This document shows, in pieces, positions 10,923 through 22,628 of a stretch of DNA of 64,000 bases. A program made the translations under genes and the position numbers. Where the stretch lies: assembly GCF_022846255.1 (NCBI RefSeq), contig NZ_AP025682.1; one strand, written 5' to 3'. The notes below the pieces were generated by a model. It saw only the letters and a list, made by a program, of their open reading frames with translations. It made no database searches and had not been told where the DNA came from. Position 1 is the first letter of the stretch; each line of letters begins with the position of its first letter. Origin of the DNA: Escherichia coli (GTDB lineage Bacteria > Pseudomonadota > Gammaproteobacteria > Enterobacterales > Enterobacteriaceae).

Positions 10923-13900
10923 ATGAAAAAGTTACGCGTAGCCGCCTGCATGCTAATGCTGGCGCTGGCAGGGTGCGACAACAACGATAACGCGCCAACA
11001 GCGGTGAAAAAAGATGCGCCTTCTGAAGTTACTAAAGCGGCCTCTTCAGAAAACGTGAGTTCAGCAAAACTTTCCGCGCCAGAGCGACAAAAACTGGCCC
11101 AACAGAGTGCCGGTAAGGCGCTGACATTGCTGGATCTCTCTGAAGTTCAACTTGATGGCGCAGCCACGCTGGTGCTGACATTCTCCATCCCTCTCGACCC
11201 GGATCAGGAATTCTCACGCGTTATCCATGTCGTCGATAAGAAAAGCGGCAAAGTGGATGGTGCCTGGGAGCTGTCAGATAATCTTAAAGAGTTGCGTTTA
11301 CGCCACCTCGAACCGAAACGTGATTTGATCGTCACTATTGGCAAGGAGGTCAAAGCACTCAACAACGCAACCTTCAGTAAAGATTACGAAAAAACTATAA
11401 CTACCCGAGATATCCAACCCAGCGTCGGTTTTGCCAGCCGTGGCTCGTTGTTACCTGGTAAAGTTATTGAAGGGCTGCCGGTAATGGCGCTCAACGTTAA
11501 CAATGTCGATGTTAACTTCTTCCGTGTTAAGCCAGAATCTCTGCCTGCATTCATTAGCCAATGGGAATACCGCAATTCGCTGGCGAACTGGCAGTCTGAC
11601 AAACTGCTGCAGATGGCGGATCTGGTTTATACCGGACGGTTTGATCTCAATTCTGCGCGTAACACCCGTGAAAAATTATTGCTGCCGCTGGGCGATATCA
11701 AACCGCTTCAGCAGGCAGGCGTGTATCTGGCTGTGATGAATCAGGCTGGACGTTACGATTACAGTAATCCCGCGACGCTGTTTACGTTAAGTGATATCGG
11801 CGTTTCAGCTCACCGTTATCACAATCGTCTGGATATCTTTACCCAAAGCCTGGAAAACGGCGCGGCCCAGCAAGGAGTTGAAGTCTCATTATTAAATGAG
11901 AAAGGGCAGACTCTGACTCAGGCAACCAGTGATGCCCAGGGGCATGTGCAGCTGGAAAATGATAAAAACGCGGCATTACTGTTGGCGCGTAAAGACGGTC
12001 AGACAACGCTACTCGATTTAAAACTTCCGGCGCTGGACTTAGCAGAATTTAACATTGCTGGCGCGCCAGGCTATAGCAAACAGTTTTTCATGTTTGGCCC
12101 GCGCGATCTTTATCGCCCTGGTGAAACAGTCATCCTCAATGGTTTATTGCGTGATGCAGATGGTAAAGCATTGCCCGATCAACCCATCAAGTTAGACGTG
12201 ATTAAACCCGACGGGCAGGTACTCAGGAGCGTCGTTAGTCAGCCGGAGAATGGCCTCTACCACTTTACCTGGCCACTCGATAGCAATGCGGCAACCGGTA
12301 TGTGGCATATTCGCGCTAACACGGGCGATAACCAGTATCGGATGTGGGATTTCCACGTCGAAGATTTTATGCCAGAGCGCATGGCGCTGAATCTGACCGG
12401 TGAGAAAACCCCGCTAACGCCGAAAGATGAAGTGAGATTCTCCGTGGTGGGGTACTACCTGTATGGTGCGCCTGCTAATGGTAATACTTTGCAAGGGCAA
12501 CTTTTCCTGCGCCCACTGCGTGAAGCTGTGTCAGCCTTACCTGGTTTCGAATTCGGCGATATAGCTGCCGAAAATCTTTCCCGCACGCTGGATGAAGTTC
12601 AGTTGACGCTGGATGATAAAGGGCGTGGCGAAGTTTCTACAGAAAGCCAGTGGAAGGAAACGCATTCCCCATTACAGGTTATTTTCCAGGGTAGTTTGTT
12701 GGAATCGGGCGGTCGCCCGGTGACGCGCCGCGCTGAGCAGGCTATCTGGCCTGCTGATGCATTGCCGGGGATCCGTCCGCAGTTCGCCTCGAAATCGGTT
12801 TACGATTATCGCACCGACAGCACGGTGAAACAGCCCATTGTTGATGAAGGCAGTAACGCCGCTTTTGACATCGTTTATAGCGATGCGCAAGGCGTGAAAA
12901 AAGCCGTATCGGGCTTGCAGGTGCGCCTGATTCGCGAACGCCGCGATTACTACTGGAACTGGTCGGAATATGAAGGCTGGCAGTCACAGTTTGAGCAAAA
13001 AGATCTGATCGAAAATGAACAAACTCTGGATCTGAAAGCGGACGAAACCGGTAAGGTCAGTTTCCCGGTAGAGTGGGGCGCTTATCGTCTGGAAGTTAAA
13101 GCGCCGAATGAAGCGGTCAGTAGTGTGCGTTTCTGGGCTGGCTATAGCTGGCAGGACAACAGCGACGGGAGCGGTGCCGTGCGACCCGACCGTGTCACGC
13201 TGAAACTGGATAAAGCCAGTTATCGCCCTGGCGATACCATTAAGTTGCATATTGCCGCGCCAACGGCGGGTAAAGGTTATGCGATGGTCGAGTCCAGTGA
13301 AGGGCCGCTGTGGTGGCAAGAGATTGATGTTCCGGCTCAAGGGCTGGATCTGACGATTCCGGTCGATAAAACCTGGAATCGTCATGATTTGTATTTAAGT
13401 ACGCTGGTGGTACGTCCTGGCGATAAATCTCGCTCCGCGACGCCAAAACGCGCAGTTGGGGTGTTGCATCTGCCGCTTGGCGATGAAAACCGTCGTCTCG
13501 ATCTGGCGCTGGAAACCCCCACCAAAATGCGCCCCAATCAGCCATTAACCGTGAAAATTAAAGCCAGCAATAAAAATGGTGAGATGCCAAAACAGGTGAA
13601 TGTGCTGGTGTCTGCCGTTGATAGCGGTGTGCTGAATATTACTGATTACGTTACCCCCGATCCGTGGCAGGCGTTCTTTGGTCAGAAACGCTATGGTGCA
13701 GACATTTACGATATTTACGGTCAGGTCATTGAAGGTCAGGGGCGTCTGGCAGCTCTGCGTTTTGGTGGCGATGGTGATGAGCTGAAACGTGGTGGTAAAC
13801 CGCCGGTCAATCACGTCAATATTGTCGCGCAGCAGGCGCTGCCGGTAACGCTCAACGAACAGGGTGAAGGCTCGGTTACACTGCCGATTGGTGATTTTAA

Positions 13901-15884
13901 CGGTGAATTGCGCGTCATGGCGCAAGCCTGGACGGCAGATGACTTCGGAAGCAACGAAAGCAAAGTGATTGTTGCTGCACCGGTGATTGCTGAACTGAAC
14001 ATGCCACGCTTTATGGCGAGTGGCGATACCTCGCGCCTGACGCTGGATATCACTAATCTTACCGATAAACCGCAAAAACTTAATGTTGCTCTGACCGCCA
14101 GTGGCTTGCTTGAACTGGTGAGTAATTCCCCCGCACCTGTTGAATTAGCGCCAGGGGTGCGTACTACGCTGTTTATCCCGGTGCGTGCATTGCCGGGTTA
14201 TGGCGATGGAGACATTCAGGCCACCATTAGCGGGTTAGCGTTACCCGGGGAAACCGTTGCCGATCAGCATAAGCAGTGGACAATCGGCGTCCGTCCGGCA
14301 TTCCCGGCACAAACGGTCAATTACGGTACGGCGTTACAGCCTGGTGAAACCTGGGCGCTCCCGGCTGATGGATTGCAAAACTTCTCGCCTGTTACGCTGG
14401 AAGGGCAATTGTTGTTGAGCGGCAAACCACCGCTGAACATCGCACGTTATATCAAAGAGTTAAAAGCGTATCCGTACGGCTGTCTCGAGCAAACCACCAG
14501 CGGCCTGTTCCCGTCACTTTATACCAATGCAGCCCAACTGCAGGCGTTGGGCATCAAAGGCGACAGTGATGAGAAACGCCGTGCATCGGTCGATATCGGC
14601 ATTTCCCGTTTGCTGCAAATGCAACGTGATAACGGCGGCTTTACGCTGTGGGATAAAAACGGTGACGAAGAGTACTGGCTGACGGCTTACGTGATGGATT
14701 TCCTGGTCCGCGCAGGCGAACAGGGTTACAGCGTACCGACAGACGCCATTAACCGGGGTAATGAGCGTCTGCTGCGCTATTTACAAGATCCGGGCATGAT
14801 GTCGATCCCGTACGCTGATAATCTCAAAGCCAGTAAATTCGCCGTACAGTCTTACGCTGCGCTGGTGTTGGCCCGTCAGCAAAAAGCACCACTGGGTGCG
14901 TTGCGTGAAATCTGGGAGCATCGTGCAGATGCCGCTTCTGGTTTACCGCTGCTGCAACTTGGCGTTGCGCTGAAAACCATGGGTGATGCAATGCGTGGTG
15001 AAGAAGCGATTGTGCTGGCGCTGAAAACGCCGCGTAATAGTGATGAGCGGATATGGCTGGGTGATTACGGTAGTCCACTGCGCGACAGCGCGTTGATGCT
15101 CTCATTGCTGGAAGAGAACAAACTGCTACCCGATGAGCAGTACTCCCTGTTGAACACACTTTCGCAGCAGGCGTTCGGTGAACGCTGGCTATCGACGCAG
15201 GAAAGTAACGCGTTGTTCCTGGCTGCCCGTACTCTTCAGGATTTACCGGGCAAATGGCAGGCGCAAACCACTTTCTCTGCTGAGCCGCTGACAGGCGAGA
15301 AAGCGCAAACCAGCAATCTGAATAGCGATCAACTTGCCACCTTGCAGGTGACCAACAGTGGCGATCAGCCGTTATGGCTGCGTGTGGATGCCAGCGGTTA
15401 TCCGCAATCCGCACCTTTACCGGCGAGCAATGTGCTGCAAATTGAGCGTCATATTCTGGGTACTGACGGTAAGAGCAAATCGCTGGACTCGTTACGTAGC
15501 GGCGATCTGGTGCTGGTGTGGTTGCAGGTTAAAGCCAGTAACAGTGTACCGGATGCGTTAGTCGTGGATCTGTTGCCTGCGGGGCTGGAACTGGAAAACC
15601 AGAATCTGGCGAACGGCAGCGCCAGCCTGGAGCAAAGTGGTGGTGAAGTGCAGAACTTGCTGAACCAGATGCAGCAGGCGAGCATTAAGCACATAGAGTT
15701 CCGTGACGATCGCTTTGTGGCGGCGGTTGCCGTTGATGAATATCAACCGGTAACGCTGGTGTATCTGGCGCGGGCGGTGACGCCGGGAACGTATCAGGTG
15801 CCGCAGCCTATGGTGGAATCAATGTATGTTCCTCAATGGCGGGCGACTGGTGCGGCTGACGATCTGTTGATAGTCAGACCGTAA
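10923..15884 (+). CDS. yfhM: Alpha-2-macroglobulin family lipoprotein YfhM
   Basis: 1653 aa, lipoprotein signal peptide (LALAGCDNN) and the thioester motif CLEQ (GCLEQTTSG); precedes pbpC as in E. coli. Confidence 0.9.
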   Translation: MKKLRVAACMLMLALAGCDNNDNAPTAVKKDAPSEVTKAASSENVSSAKLSAPERQKLAQQSAGKALTLLDLSEVQLDGAATLVLTFSIPLDPDQEFSRVIHVVDKKSGKVDGAWELSDNLKELRLRHLEPKRDLIVTIGKEVKALNNATFSKDYEKTITTRDIQPSVGFASRGSLLPGKVIEGLPVMALNVNNVDVNFFRVKPESLPAFISQWEYRNSLANWQSDKLLQMADLVYTGRFDLNSARNTREKLLLPLGDIKPLQQAGVYLAVMNQAGRYDYSNPATLFTLSDIGVSAHRYHNRLDIFTQSLENGAAQQGVEVSLLNEKGQTLTQATSDAQGHVQLENDKNAALLLARKDGQTTLLDLKLPALDLAEFNIAGAPGYSKQFFMFGPRDLYRPGETVILNGLLRDADGKALPDQPIKLDVIKPDGQVLRSVVSQPENGLYHFTWPLDSNAATGMWHIRANTGDNQYRMWDFHVEDFMPERMALNLTGEKTPLTPKDEVRFSVVGYYLYGAPANGNTLQGQLFLRPLREAVSALPGFEFGDIAAENLSRTLDEVQLTLDDKGRGEVSTESQWKETHSPLQVIFQGSLLESGGRPVTRRAEQAIWPADALPGIRPQFASKSVYDYRTDSTVKQPIVDEGSNAAFDIVYSDAQGVKKAVSGLQVRLIRERRDYYWNWSEYEGWQSQFEQKDLIENEQTLDLKADETGKVSFPVEWGAYRLEVKAPNEAVSSVRFWAGYSWQDNSDGSGAVRPDRVTLKLDKASYRPGDTIKLHIAAPTAGKGYAMVESSEGPLWWQEIDVPAQGLDLTIPVDKTWNRHDLYLSTLVVRPGDKSRSATPKRAVGVLHLPLGDENRRLDLALETPTKMRPNQPLTVKIKASNKNGEMPKQVNVLVSAVDSGVLNITDYVTPDPWQAFFGQKRYGADIYDIYGQVIEGQGRLAALRFGGDGDELKRGGKPPVNHVNIVAQQALPVTLNEQGEGSVTLPIGDFNGELRVMAQAWTADDFGSNESKVIVAAPVIAELNMPRFMASGDTSRLTLDITNLTDKPQKLNVALTASGLLELVSNSPAPVELAPGVRTTLFIPVRALPGYGDGDIQATISGLALPGETVADQHKQWTIGVRPAFPAQTVNYGTALQPGETWALPADGLQNFSPVTLEGQLLLSGKPPLNIARYIKELKAYPYGCLEQTTSGLFPSLYTNAAQLQALGIKGDSDEKRRASVDIGISRLLQMQRDNGGFTLWDKNGDEEYWLTAYVMDFLVRAGEQGYSVPTDAINRGNERLLRYLQDPGMMSIPYADNLKASKFAVQSYAALVLARQQKAPLGALREIWEHRADAASGLPLLQLGVALKTMGDAMRGEEAIVLALKTPRNSDERIWLGDYGSPLRDSALMLSLLEENKLLPDEQYSLLNTLSQQAFGERWLSTQESNALFLAARTLQDLPGKWQAQTTFSAEPLTGEKAQTSNLNSDQLATLQVTNSGDQPLWLRVDASGYPQSAPLPASNVLQIERHILGTDGKSKSLDSLRSGDLVLVWLQVKASNSVPDALVVDLLPAGLELENQNLANGSASLEQSGGEVQNLLNQMQQASIKHIEFRDDRFVAAVAVDEYQPVTLVYLARAVTPGTYQVPQPMVESMYVPQWRATGAADDLLIVRP

Positions 15885-18197
15885 ATGCCTCGCCTGTTAA
15901 CCAAACGCGGCTGCTGGATAATGCTGGCAGCCGCGCCTTTTATCATCATTCTGGCAGCATGGGCAGCAGATAAACTCTGGCCTCTGCCATTGCAAGAAGT
16001 GAATCCTGCACGCGTGGTGGTGGCGCAGGATGGTACGCCACTCTGGCGTTTCGCCGATGCTGACGGCATCTGGCGTTATCCGGTAACAATCGAAGATGTT
16101 TCTCCACGTTACCTTGAAGCGCTGATCAATTATGAAGATCGCTGGTTCTGGAAGCATCCGGGGGTGAATCCGTTCTCGGTGGCGCGTGCAGCCTGGCAAG
16201 ATCTCACGTCGGGTCGGGTCATTTCCGGCGGCAGCACGCTCACCATGCAGGTGGCGCGCCTGCTTGATCCTCACCCCAAAACGTTTGGCGGCAAAATTCG
16301 CCAGCTCTGGCGCGCGTTGCAACTGGAATGGCATCTGTCTAAACGTGAAATTCTGACCTTGTATCTTAACCGTGCCCCGTTTGGCGGTACGTTGCAGGGG
16401 ATTGGTGCGGCAAGTTGGGCTTACCTCGGGAAATCGCCTGCGAATTTAAGCTATTCCGAGGCGGCAATGCTGGCGGTGTTGCCGCAAGCGCCCAGCCGTC
16501 TTCGCCCGGATCGTTGGCCGGAGCGTGCCGAAGCCGCGCGTAATAAAGTGCTCGAACGGATGGCCGTGCAAGGTGTGTGGTCCCATGAGCGGGTAAAAGA
16601 GTCAAGGGAAGAACCCATCTGGCTGGCACCCCGACAAATGCCGCAACTGGCACCGCTGTTTTCGCGCATGATGCTCGGTAAAAGCAAAAGCGACAAAATC
16701 GTTACTACGCTGGATGCCGGTCTTCAACGACGTCTGGAAGAACTGGCGCAAAACTGGAAAGGACGATTACCACCGCGCAGCTCACTGGCGATGATCGTGG
16801 TTGATCATACCGATATGCGTGTTCGCGGCTGGGTGGGTTCGGTTGATCTCAACGATGATTCACGCTTTGGTCATGTTGATATGGTCAATGCGATCCGATC
16901 GCCAGGATCGGTGCTCAAACCGTTTGTTTACGGTCTGGCGCTGGATGAAGGCTTGATCCACCCGGCATCGCTGTTGCAAGACGTCCCCCGGCGTACCGGT
17001 GATTACCGACCTGGCAACTTTGACAGCGGTTTTCATGGCCCGATCAGCATGAGCGAGGCGCTGGTGCGCTCGCTGAATTTACCAGCTGTGCAGGTGCTGG
17101 AAGCCTATGGACCGAAACGGTTTGCGGCAAAATTACGCAATGTTGGATTGCCGTTGTATCTGCCCAACGGTGCTGCGCCGAATCTTTCGCTCATTCTCGG
17201 CGGCGCTGGTGCAAAACTGGAAGATATGGCGGCGGCCTATACCGCGTTTGCTCGCCACGGCAAGGCAGGTAAATTGCGCTTACAGCCTGACGATCCGCTG
17301 CTTGAACGGCCTTTAATGTCGTCGGGGGCTGCGTGGATCATTCGCCGGATTATGGCTGATGAAGCGCAACCCTTGCCGGATGGTGCCTTGCCGCGCGTCG
17401 CCCCACTGGCATGGAAAACGGGCACCAGCTATGGCTATCGTGATGCCTGGGCGATTGGGGTTAACGCTCGCTATGTCATTGGGATCTGGACTGGCAGACC
17501 GGACGGCACGCCCGTTGTTGGTCAGTTTGGCTTTGCCAGTGCCGTACCGCTGTTGAATCAGGTTAATAATATCTTACTGTCGCGCAGTGTGAATTTGCCG
17601 GAAGACCCACGTCCTGACTCTGTAAGTCGTGGCGTTATCTGCTGGCCGGGCGGACAGTCTTTGCCGGAAGGTGACGGTAACTGTCGCCGCCGCCTGGCAA
17701 CCTGGCTGCTGGACGGGAGCCAGCCGCCAACTCTATTACTGCCGGAGCAGGAAGGCATTAATGGCATTCGTTTCCCCATCTGGCTGGATGAAAACGGCAA
17801 ACGTGTTGCCGCTGATTGCCCTCAGGCGCGACAAGAAATGATAAATGTCTGGCCGCTATCGCTGGAACCCTGGCTGCCCGCATCAGAACGTCGCGCTGTG
17901 CGCTTGCCACCGGCCTCGACAATTTGCCCGCCATACGGTCACGATGCACAACTCCCGCTGCAGCTAACAGGTGTGCGCGATGGCGCGATTATTAAACGTT
18001 TACCGGGCGCAGCGGAAGCGACTTTGCCGTTGCAATCAAGTGGAGGGGCAGGTGAACGCTGGTGGTTTCTGAATGGCGAACCGTTAACTGAACGTGGGCG
18101 CAACGTGACCCTGCATTTGACGGATAAAGGCGATTATCAATTGCTGGTGATGGATGACGTGGGGCAAATAGCGACAGTGAAATTTGTCATGCAATAG
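15885..18197 (+). CDS. pbpC: Penicillin-binding protein 1C (transglycosylase / transpeptidase-like)
   Basis: 770 aa; the start codon directly abuts the yfhM stop (TAAATG at 15882-15887); contains the SxxK-type motif in GTSYGYRDAW. Confidence 0.9.
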   Translation: MPRLLTKRGCWIMLAAAPFIIILAAWAADKLWPLPLQEVNPARVVVAQDGTPLWRFADADGIWRYPVTIEDVSPRYLEALINYEDRWFWKHPGVNPFSVARAAWQDLTSGRVISGGSTLTMQVARLLDPHPKTFGGKIRQLWRALQLEWHLSKREILTLYLNRAPFGGTLQGIGAASWAYLGKSPANLSYSEAAMLAVLPQAPSRLRPDRWPERAEAARNKVLERMAVQGVWSHERVKESREEPIWLAPRQMPQLAPLFSRMMLGKSKSDKIVTTLDAGLQRRLEELAQNWKGRLPPRSSLAMIVVDHTDMRVRGWVGSVDLNDDSRFGHVDMVNAIRSPGSVLKPFVYGLALDEGLIHPASLLQDVPRRTGDYRPGNFDSGFHGPISMSEALVRSLNLPAVQVLEAYGPKRFAAKLRNVGLPLYLPNGAAPNLSLILGGAGAKLEDMAAAYTAFARHGKAGKLRLQPDDPLLERPLMSSGAAWIIRRIMADEAQPLPDGALPRVAPLAWKTGTSYGYRDAWAIGVNARYVIGIWTGRPDGTPVVGQFGFASAVPLLNQVNNILLSRSVNLPEDPRPDSVSRGVICWPGGQSLPEGDGNCRRRLATWLLDGSQPPTLLLPEQEGINGIRFPIWLDENGKRVAADCPQARQEMINVWPLSLEPWLPASERRAVRLPPASTICPPYGHDAQLPLQLTGVRDGAIIKRLPGAAEATLPLQSSGGAGERWWFLNGEPLTERGRNVTLHLTDKGDYQLLVMDDVGQIATVKFVMQ

Positions 18198-18345
18198 TCT
18201 GTTTTGTCCCTGATTGTTGCTTAAACTGGGTTTATTTTAAAAAAATGTTACCTTCATCAATAGTCAACGGCCCTGTTGCTCATTATAATCCGCGCCATCT
18301 CGTACGCTGGTACAGACAACAACAGAACAATTTACAGAGGTAAAA

Positions 18346-18777
18346 ATGGCTATTGAACGTACTTTTTCCATCATCAAACCGAACGCGGTAGCAAAAAACG
18401 TGATTGGTAGTATCTTTGCGCGCTTTGAAGCTGCAGGGTTCAAAATTGTCGGCACCAAAATGCTGCACCTGACCGTTGAACAGGCTCGTGGCTTTTATGC
18501 TGAACACGATGGAAAACCGTTCTTTGATGGTCTGGTTGAATTCATGACTTCTGGCCCGATCGTTGTTTCCGTGCTGGAAGGTGAAAATGCTGTTCAGCGT
18601 CACCGCGATCTGCTGGGCGCGACCAATCCGGCAAATGCACTGGCCGGTACTCTGCGTGCTGATTACGCTGACAGCCTGACCGAAAATGGTACCCACGGTT
18701 CTGATTCCGTCGAATCTGCCGCTCGCGAAATCGCTTATTTCTTCGGCGAAGGCGAAGTGTGCCCGCGCACCCGTTAA
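18346..18777 (+). CDS. ndk: Nucleoside diphosphate kinase
   Basis: 143 aa with the active-site NxxHGSD motif ([20 protein letters not shown]). Confidence 0.95.
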
Positions 18778-18926
18778 TAATTTCGTAAATGCCGCGTGCA
18801 AACGTGGCATCCGTGCGCCAGAATTTGTACAATGCAGCGCCCCCGGACGAGCAGCCGCTCACCGGGGCGTTTCTTTTTTCAACCCTCCAGGGGCCATAAC
18901 GTGTAATAACGAGGCCGGAATAGCAT

Positions 18927-20081
18927 ATGTCTGAACAATTAGTCACACCTGAAAACGTCACCACGAAAGATGGAAAAATCAACCTGCTGGATCTCAACCG
19001 TCAGCAGATGCGGGAGTTTTTTAAAGATTTAGGTGAAAAACCCTTCCGCGCCGATCAGGTGATGAAGTGGATGTATCACTATTGCTGCGACAACTTTGAT
19101 GAGATGACCGACATCAATAAAGTGTTGCGCGGCAAACTGAAAGAGGTGGCGGAAATCCGTGCACCGGAAGTGGTTGAAGAACAGCGTTCATCTGACGGCA
19201 CCATTAAATGGGCGATCGCCGTTGGCGATCAGCGCGTTGAAACGGTGTATATCCCGGAAGACGACCGTGCCACGCTCTGCGTCTCTTCGCAGGTGGGGTG
19301 TGCGCTGGAGTGTAAATTCTGTTCCACCGCCCAGCAGGGCTTTAACCGCAACCTGCGGGTATCGGAAATTATCGGCCAGGTGTGGCGTGCGGCGAAAATT
19401 GTCGGCGCAGCAAAAGTCACCGGTCAGCGCCCAATCACTAACGTAGTGATGATGGGTATGGGCGAGCCGCTGCTCAACCTGAACAACGTCGTTCCGGCGA
19501 TGGAAATCATGCTTGATGATTTCGGTTTTGGCCTGTCAAAACGTCGCGTCACGCTTTCCACTTCCGGTGTGGTTCCGGCGCTGGATAAACTGGGCGATAT
19601 GATCGACGTAGCGCTGGCAATTTCCCTGCACGCGCCGAACGACGAAATTCGTGACGAAATTGTGCCGATCAACAAAAAGTACAATATCGAAACGTTCCTT
19701 GCGGCGGTGTGCCGTTATCTGGAGAAATCCAACGCCAATCAGGGCCGAGTCACTATTGAATACGTGATGCTTGACCACGTTAACGACGGCACTGAACACG
19801 CGCACCAACTGGCAGAACTGCTGAAAGATACGCCGTGTAAGATCAACCTGATCCCGTGGAACCCGTTCCCGGGCGCGCCGTATGGACGCAGTTCGAACAG
19901 CCGTATCGACCGTTTCTCAAAAGTGCTGATGAGCTACGGTTTCACCACTATTGTGCGTAAAACTCGTGGTGATGACATTGATGCTGCTTGTGGTCAGTTG
20001 GCGGGCGATGTTATCGACCGTACGAAACGTACTCTGCGTAAGCGGATGCAGGGTGAAGCCATCGACATTAAAGCGGTCTGA
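18927..20081 (+). CDS. rlmN: Radical-SAM 23S rRNA/tRNA adenine-C2 methyltransferase RlmN
   Basis: 384 aa with the radical-SAM CxxxCxxC cluster ([11 protein letters not shown]) and MGMGEPL motif. Confidence 0.95.
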   Translation: MSEQLVTPENVTTKDGKINLLDLNRQQMREFFKDLGEKPFRADQVMKWMYHYCCDNFDEMTDINKVLRGKLKEVAEIRAPEVVEEQRSSDGTIKWAIAVGDQRVETVYIPEDDRATLCVSSQVGCALECKFCSTAQQGFNRNLRVSEIIGQVWRAAKIVGAAKVTGQRPITNVVMMGMGEPLLNLNNVVPAMEIMLDDFGFGLSKRRVTLSTSGVVPALDKLGDMIDVALAISLHAPNDEIRDEIVPINKKYNIETFLAAVCRYLEKSNANQGRVTIEYVMLDHVNDGTEHAHQLAELLKDTPCKINLIPWNPFPGAPYGRSSNSRIDRFSKVLMSYGFTTIVRKTRGDDIDAACGQLAGDVIDRTKRTLRKRMQGEAIDIKAV

Positions 20082-20365
20082 TAGCCATTACGCCACGGTT
20101 ACTTTATGTACCGTGGCGTAATCTTTTATGAATGAAGTATTAAGTTGCAATTGTCTGGTCAATATTAACGGTGCGTTTTTGCTGACTTTAAGGCAGTATG
20201 TAACGATGCAACAGTAAGTTAGCCTTAGCGAATGTGGGCTTTGTCACGAGCACACAGACGGTCTTATACTGTATGATAACGGTTAACTTAACGGATGTTT
20301 CGCGGTGTGGGTGGGCATGATGGTTCACCGGCATCTCAATTCTCATTTAAACGTACCTGCAGCGA

Positions 20366-21373
20366 ATGAATACTGAAGCCACGCACGACCAAAATGAAGC
20401 ACTTACTACCGGCGCTCGCCTGCGTAATGCTCGCGAACAACTAGGACTTAGTCAACAGGCCGTTGCCGAGCGACTTTGCCTGAAGGTTTCCACGGTACGC
20501 GACATTGAAGAAGATAAGGCACCCGCCGATCTTGCTTCAACATTCCTGCGCGGATATATCCGCTCTTATGCGCGTCTGGTACATATTCCAGAAGAAGAAC
20601 TGCTGCCAGGGCTGGAAAAGCAGGCTCCACTACGGGCTGCAAAAGTTGCGCCGATGCAGAGTTTTTCCCTCGGTAAACGCCGCAAAAAACGTGACGGCTG
20701 GCTGATGACCTTCACCTGGCTGGTGTTGTTTGTGGTTATTGGCCTGAGCGGTGCCTGGTGGTGGCAAGACCACAAAGCTCAGCAGGAAGAGATCACCACT
20801 ATGGCCGATCAATCTTCTGCGGAACTGAATAATAATCAAAGCCAGAGTGTACCGTTAGATACGTCGACAACCACAGATCAGGCTATGGCGACCACGCCGA
20901 CATCACCTGTGGATACCACCGCAACCAACACGCAAACACCTGCCGTAACTGCGCCAGCACCAGCTGTTGATCCGCAACAGAATGCGGTTGTTCCACCTTC
21001 GCAGGCAAATGTTGATACCGCTGCGACTCCGGCACCAGCGGCAACAACAACACCAGATGGCGCTGCGCCGTTGCCAACCGATCAGGCTGGCGTGACCACG
21101 CCGGCGGTTGACCCGAATGCGCTGGTGATGAACTTTACTGCCGATTGCTGGCTGGAAGTCACCGATGCTACCGGTAAAAAACTGTTTAGCGGTATGCAGC
21201 GTAAAGACGGTAATTTGAACTTAACCGGCCAGGCACCGTACAAACTGAAAATTGGTGCGCCAGCCGCAGTACAGATCCAGTATCAAGGGAAACCTGTCGA
21301 TCTGAGTCGTTTTATCAGAACTAACCAGGTTGCGCGTCTGACCCTCAATGCCGAACAATCACCGGCGCAGTAA
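20366..21373 (+). CDS. rodZ: Cell-shape protein RodZ
   Basis: 335 aa: N-terminal HTH (Xre-like), a single transmembrane segment ([22 protein letters not shown]), and a T/P/A-rich low-complexity periplasmic linker. Confidence 0.9.
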   Translation: MNTEATHDQNEALTTGARLRNAREQLGLSQQAVAERLCLKVSTVRDIEEDKAPADLASTFLRGYIRSYARLVHIPEEELLPGLEKQAPLRAAKVAPMQSFSLGKRRKKRDGWLMTFTWLVLFVVIGLSGAWWWQDHKAQQEEITTMADQSSAELNNNQSQSVPLDTSTTTDQAMATTPTSPVDTTATNTQTPAVTAPAPAVDPQQNAVVPPSQANVDTAATPAPAATTTPDGAAPLPTDQAGVTTPAVDPNALVMNFTADCWLEVTDATGKKLFSGMQRKDGNLNLTGQAPYKLKIGAPAAVQIQYQGKPVDLSRFIRTNQVARLTLNAEQSPAQ

Positions 21374-21399
21374 CAGACGGGTAACGCGGGAGATTTTTC

Positions 21400-22518
21400 A
21401 TGCATAACCAGGCTCCAATTCAACGTAGAAAATCAACACGTATTTACGTTGGGAATGTGCCGATTGGCGATGGTGCTCCCATCGCCGTACAGTCCATGAC
21501 CAATACGCGTACGACAGACGTCGAAGCAACGGTCAATCAAATCAAGGCGCTGGAACGTGTTGGCGCTGATATCGTCCGTGTCTCCGTACCGACGATGGAC
21601 GCGGCAGAAGCGTTCAAACTCATCAAACAGCAGGTTAACGTGCCGCTGGTGGCTGACATCCACTTCGACTATCGCATTGCGCTGAAAGTAGCGGAATACG
21701 GCGTCGATTGTCTGCGTATTAACCCTGGCAATATCGGTAATGAAGAGCGTATTCGCATGGTGGTTGACTGTGCGCGCGATAAAAACATTCCGATCCGTAT
21801 TGGCGTTAATGCCGGATCGTTGGAAAAAGATCTGCAAGAAAAGTATGGCGAACCGACGCCGCAGGCGTTGCTGGAATCTGCCATGCGTCATGTTGATCAT
21901 CTCGATCGCCTGAACTTCGATCAGTTCAAAGTCAGCGTGAAAGCGTCTGACGTCTTCCTCGCTGTTGAGTCTTATCGTTTGCTGGCAAAACAAATCGATC
22001 AGCCGCTGCATCTGGGGATCACCGAAGCCGGTGGTGCGCGTAGCGGGGCAGTAAAATCCGCTATTGGTTTAGGTCTGCTGCTGTCTGAAGGCATCGGCGA
22101 CACGCTGCGCGTATCGCTGGCGGCCGATCCGGTCGAAGAGATCAAAGTCGGTTTCGATATTTTGAAATCGCTGCGTATCCGTTCGCGCGGGATCAACTTC
22201 ATCGCCTGCCCGACCTGTTCGCGTCAGGAATTTGATGTTATCGGTACGGTTAACGCGCTGGAGCAACGCCTGGAAGATATCATCACTCCGATGGACGTTT
22301 CGATTATCGGCTGCGTGGTGAATGGCCCTGGTGAGGCGCTGGTTTCTACACTCGGCGTCACTGGCGGCAACAAGAAAAGCGGCCTCTATGAAGATGGCGT
22401 GCGCAAAGACCGTCTGGACAACAACGATATGATCGATCAGCTGGAAGCGCGCATTCGTGCGAAAGCCAGTCAGCTGGACGAAGCGCGTCGAATTGACGTT
22501 CAGCAGGTTGAAAAATAA
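21400..22518 (+). CDS. ispG: HMBPP synthase IspG (GcpE)
   Basis: 372 aa with the C-terminal Fe-S cysteines ([10 protein letters not shown] ... GCVVNGPGE). Confidence 0.95.
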
Positions 22519-22628
22519 TAACGTGATGGGAAGCGCCTCGCTTCCCGTGTATGATTGAACCCGCATGGCTCCCGAAACATTGAGGGAAGCGTTGAGGGTT
22601 CATTTTTATATTCAGAAAGAGAATAAAC

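Noticed and set aside
13545..14075. 176-aa minus-strand ORF inside yfhM, and similar long antisense ORFs inside guaB (47201-48013), guaA (48730-49593), ispG (21433-22011), der (26946-27302) and upp (60284-61189)
   Set aside because: All are antisense to strongly supported housekeeping genes; no independent evidence.
20087..20130. Inverted repeat just after rlmN (ttacgccacggt...accgtggcgtaa) as a terminator
   Set aside because: The downstream T-tract is weak (atctttt) and rlmN-rodZ-ispG are thought to be co-transcribed; left uncalled.
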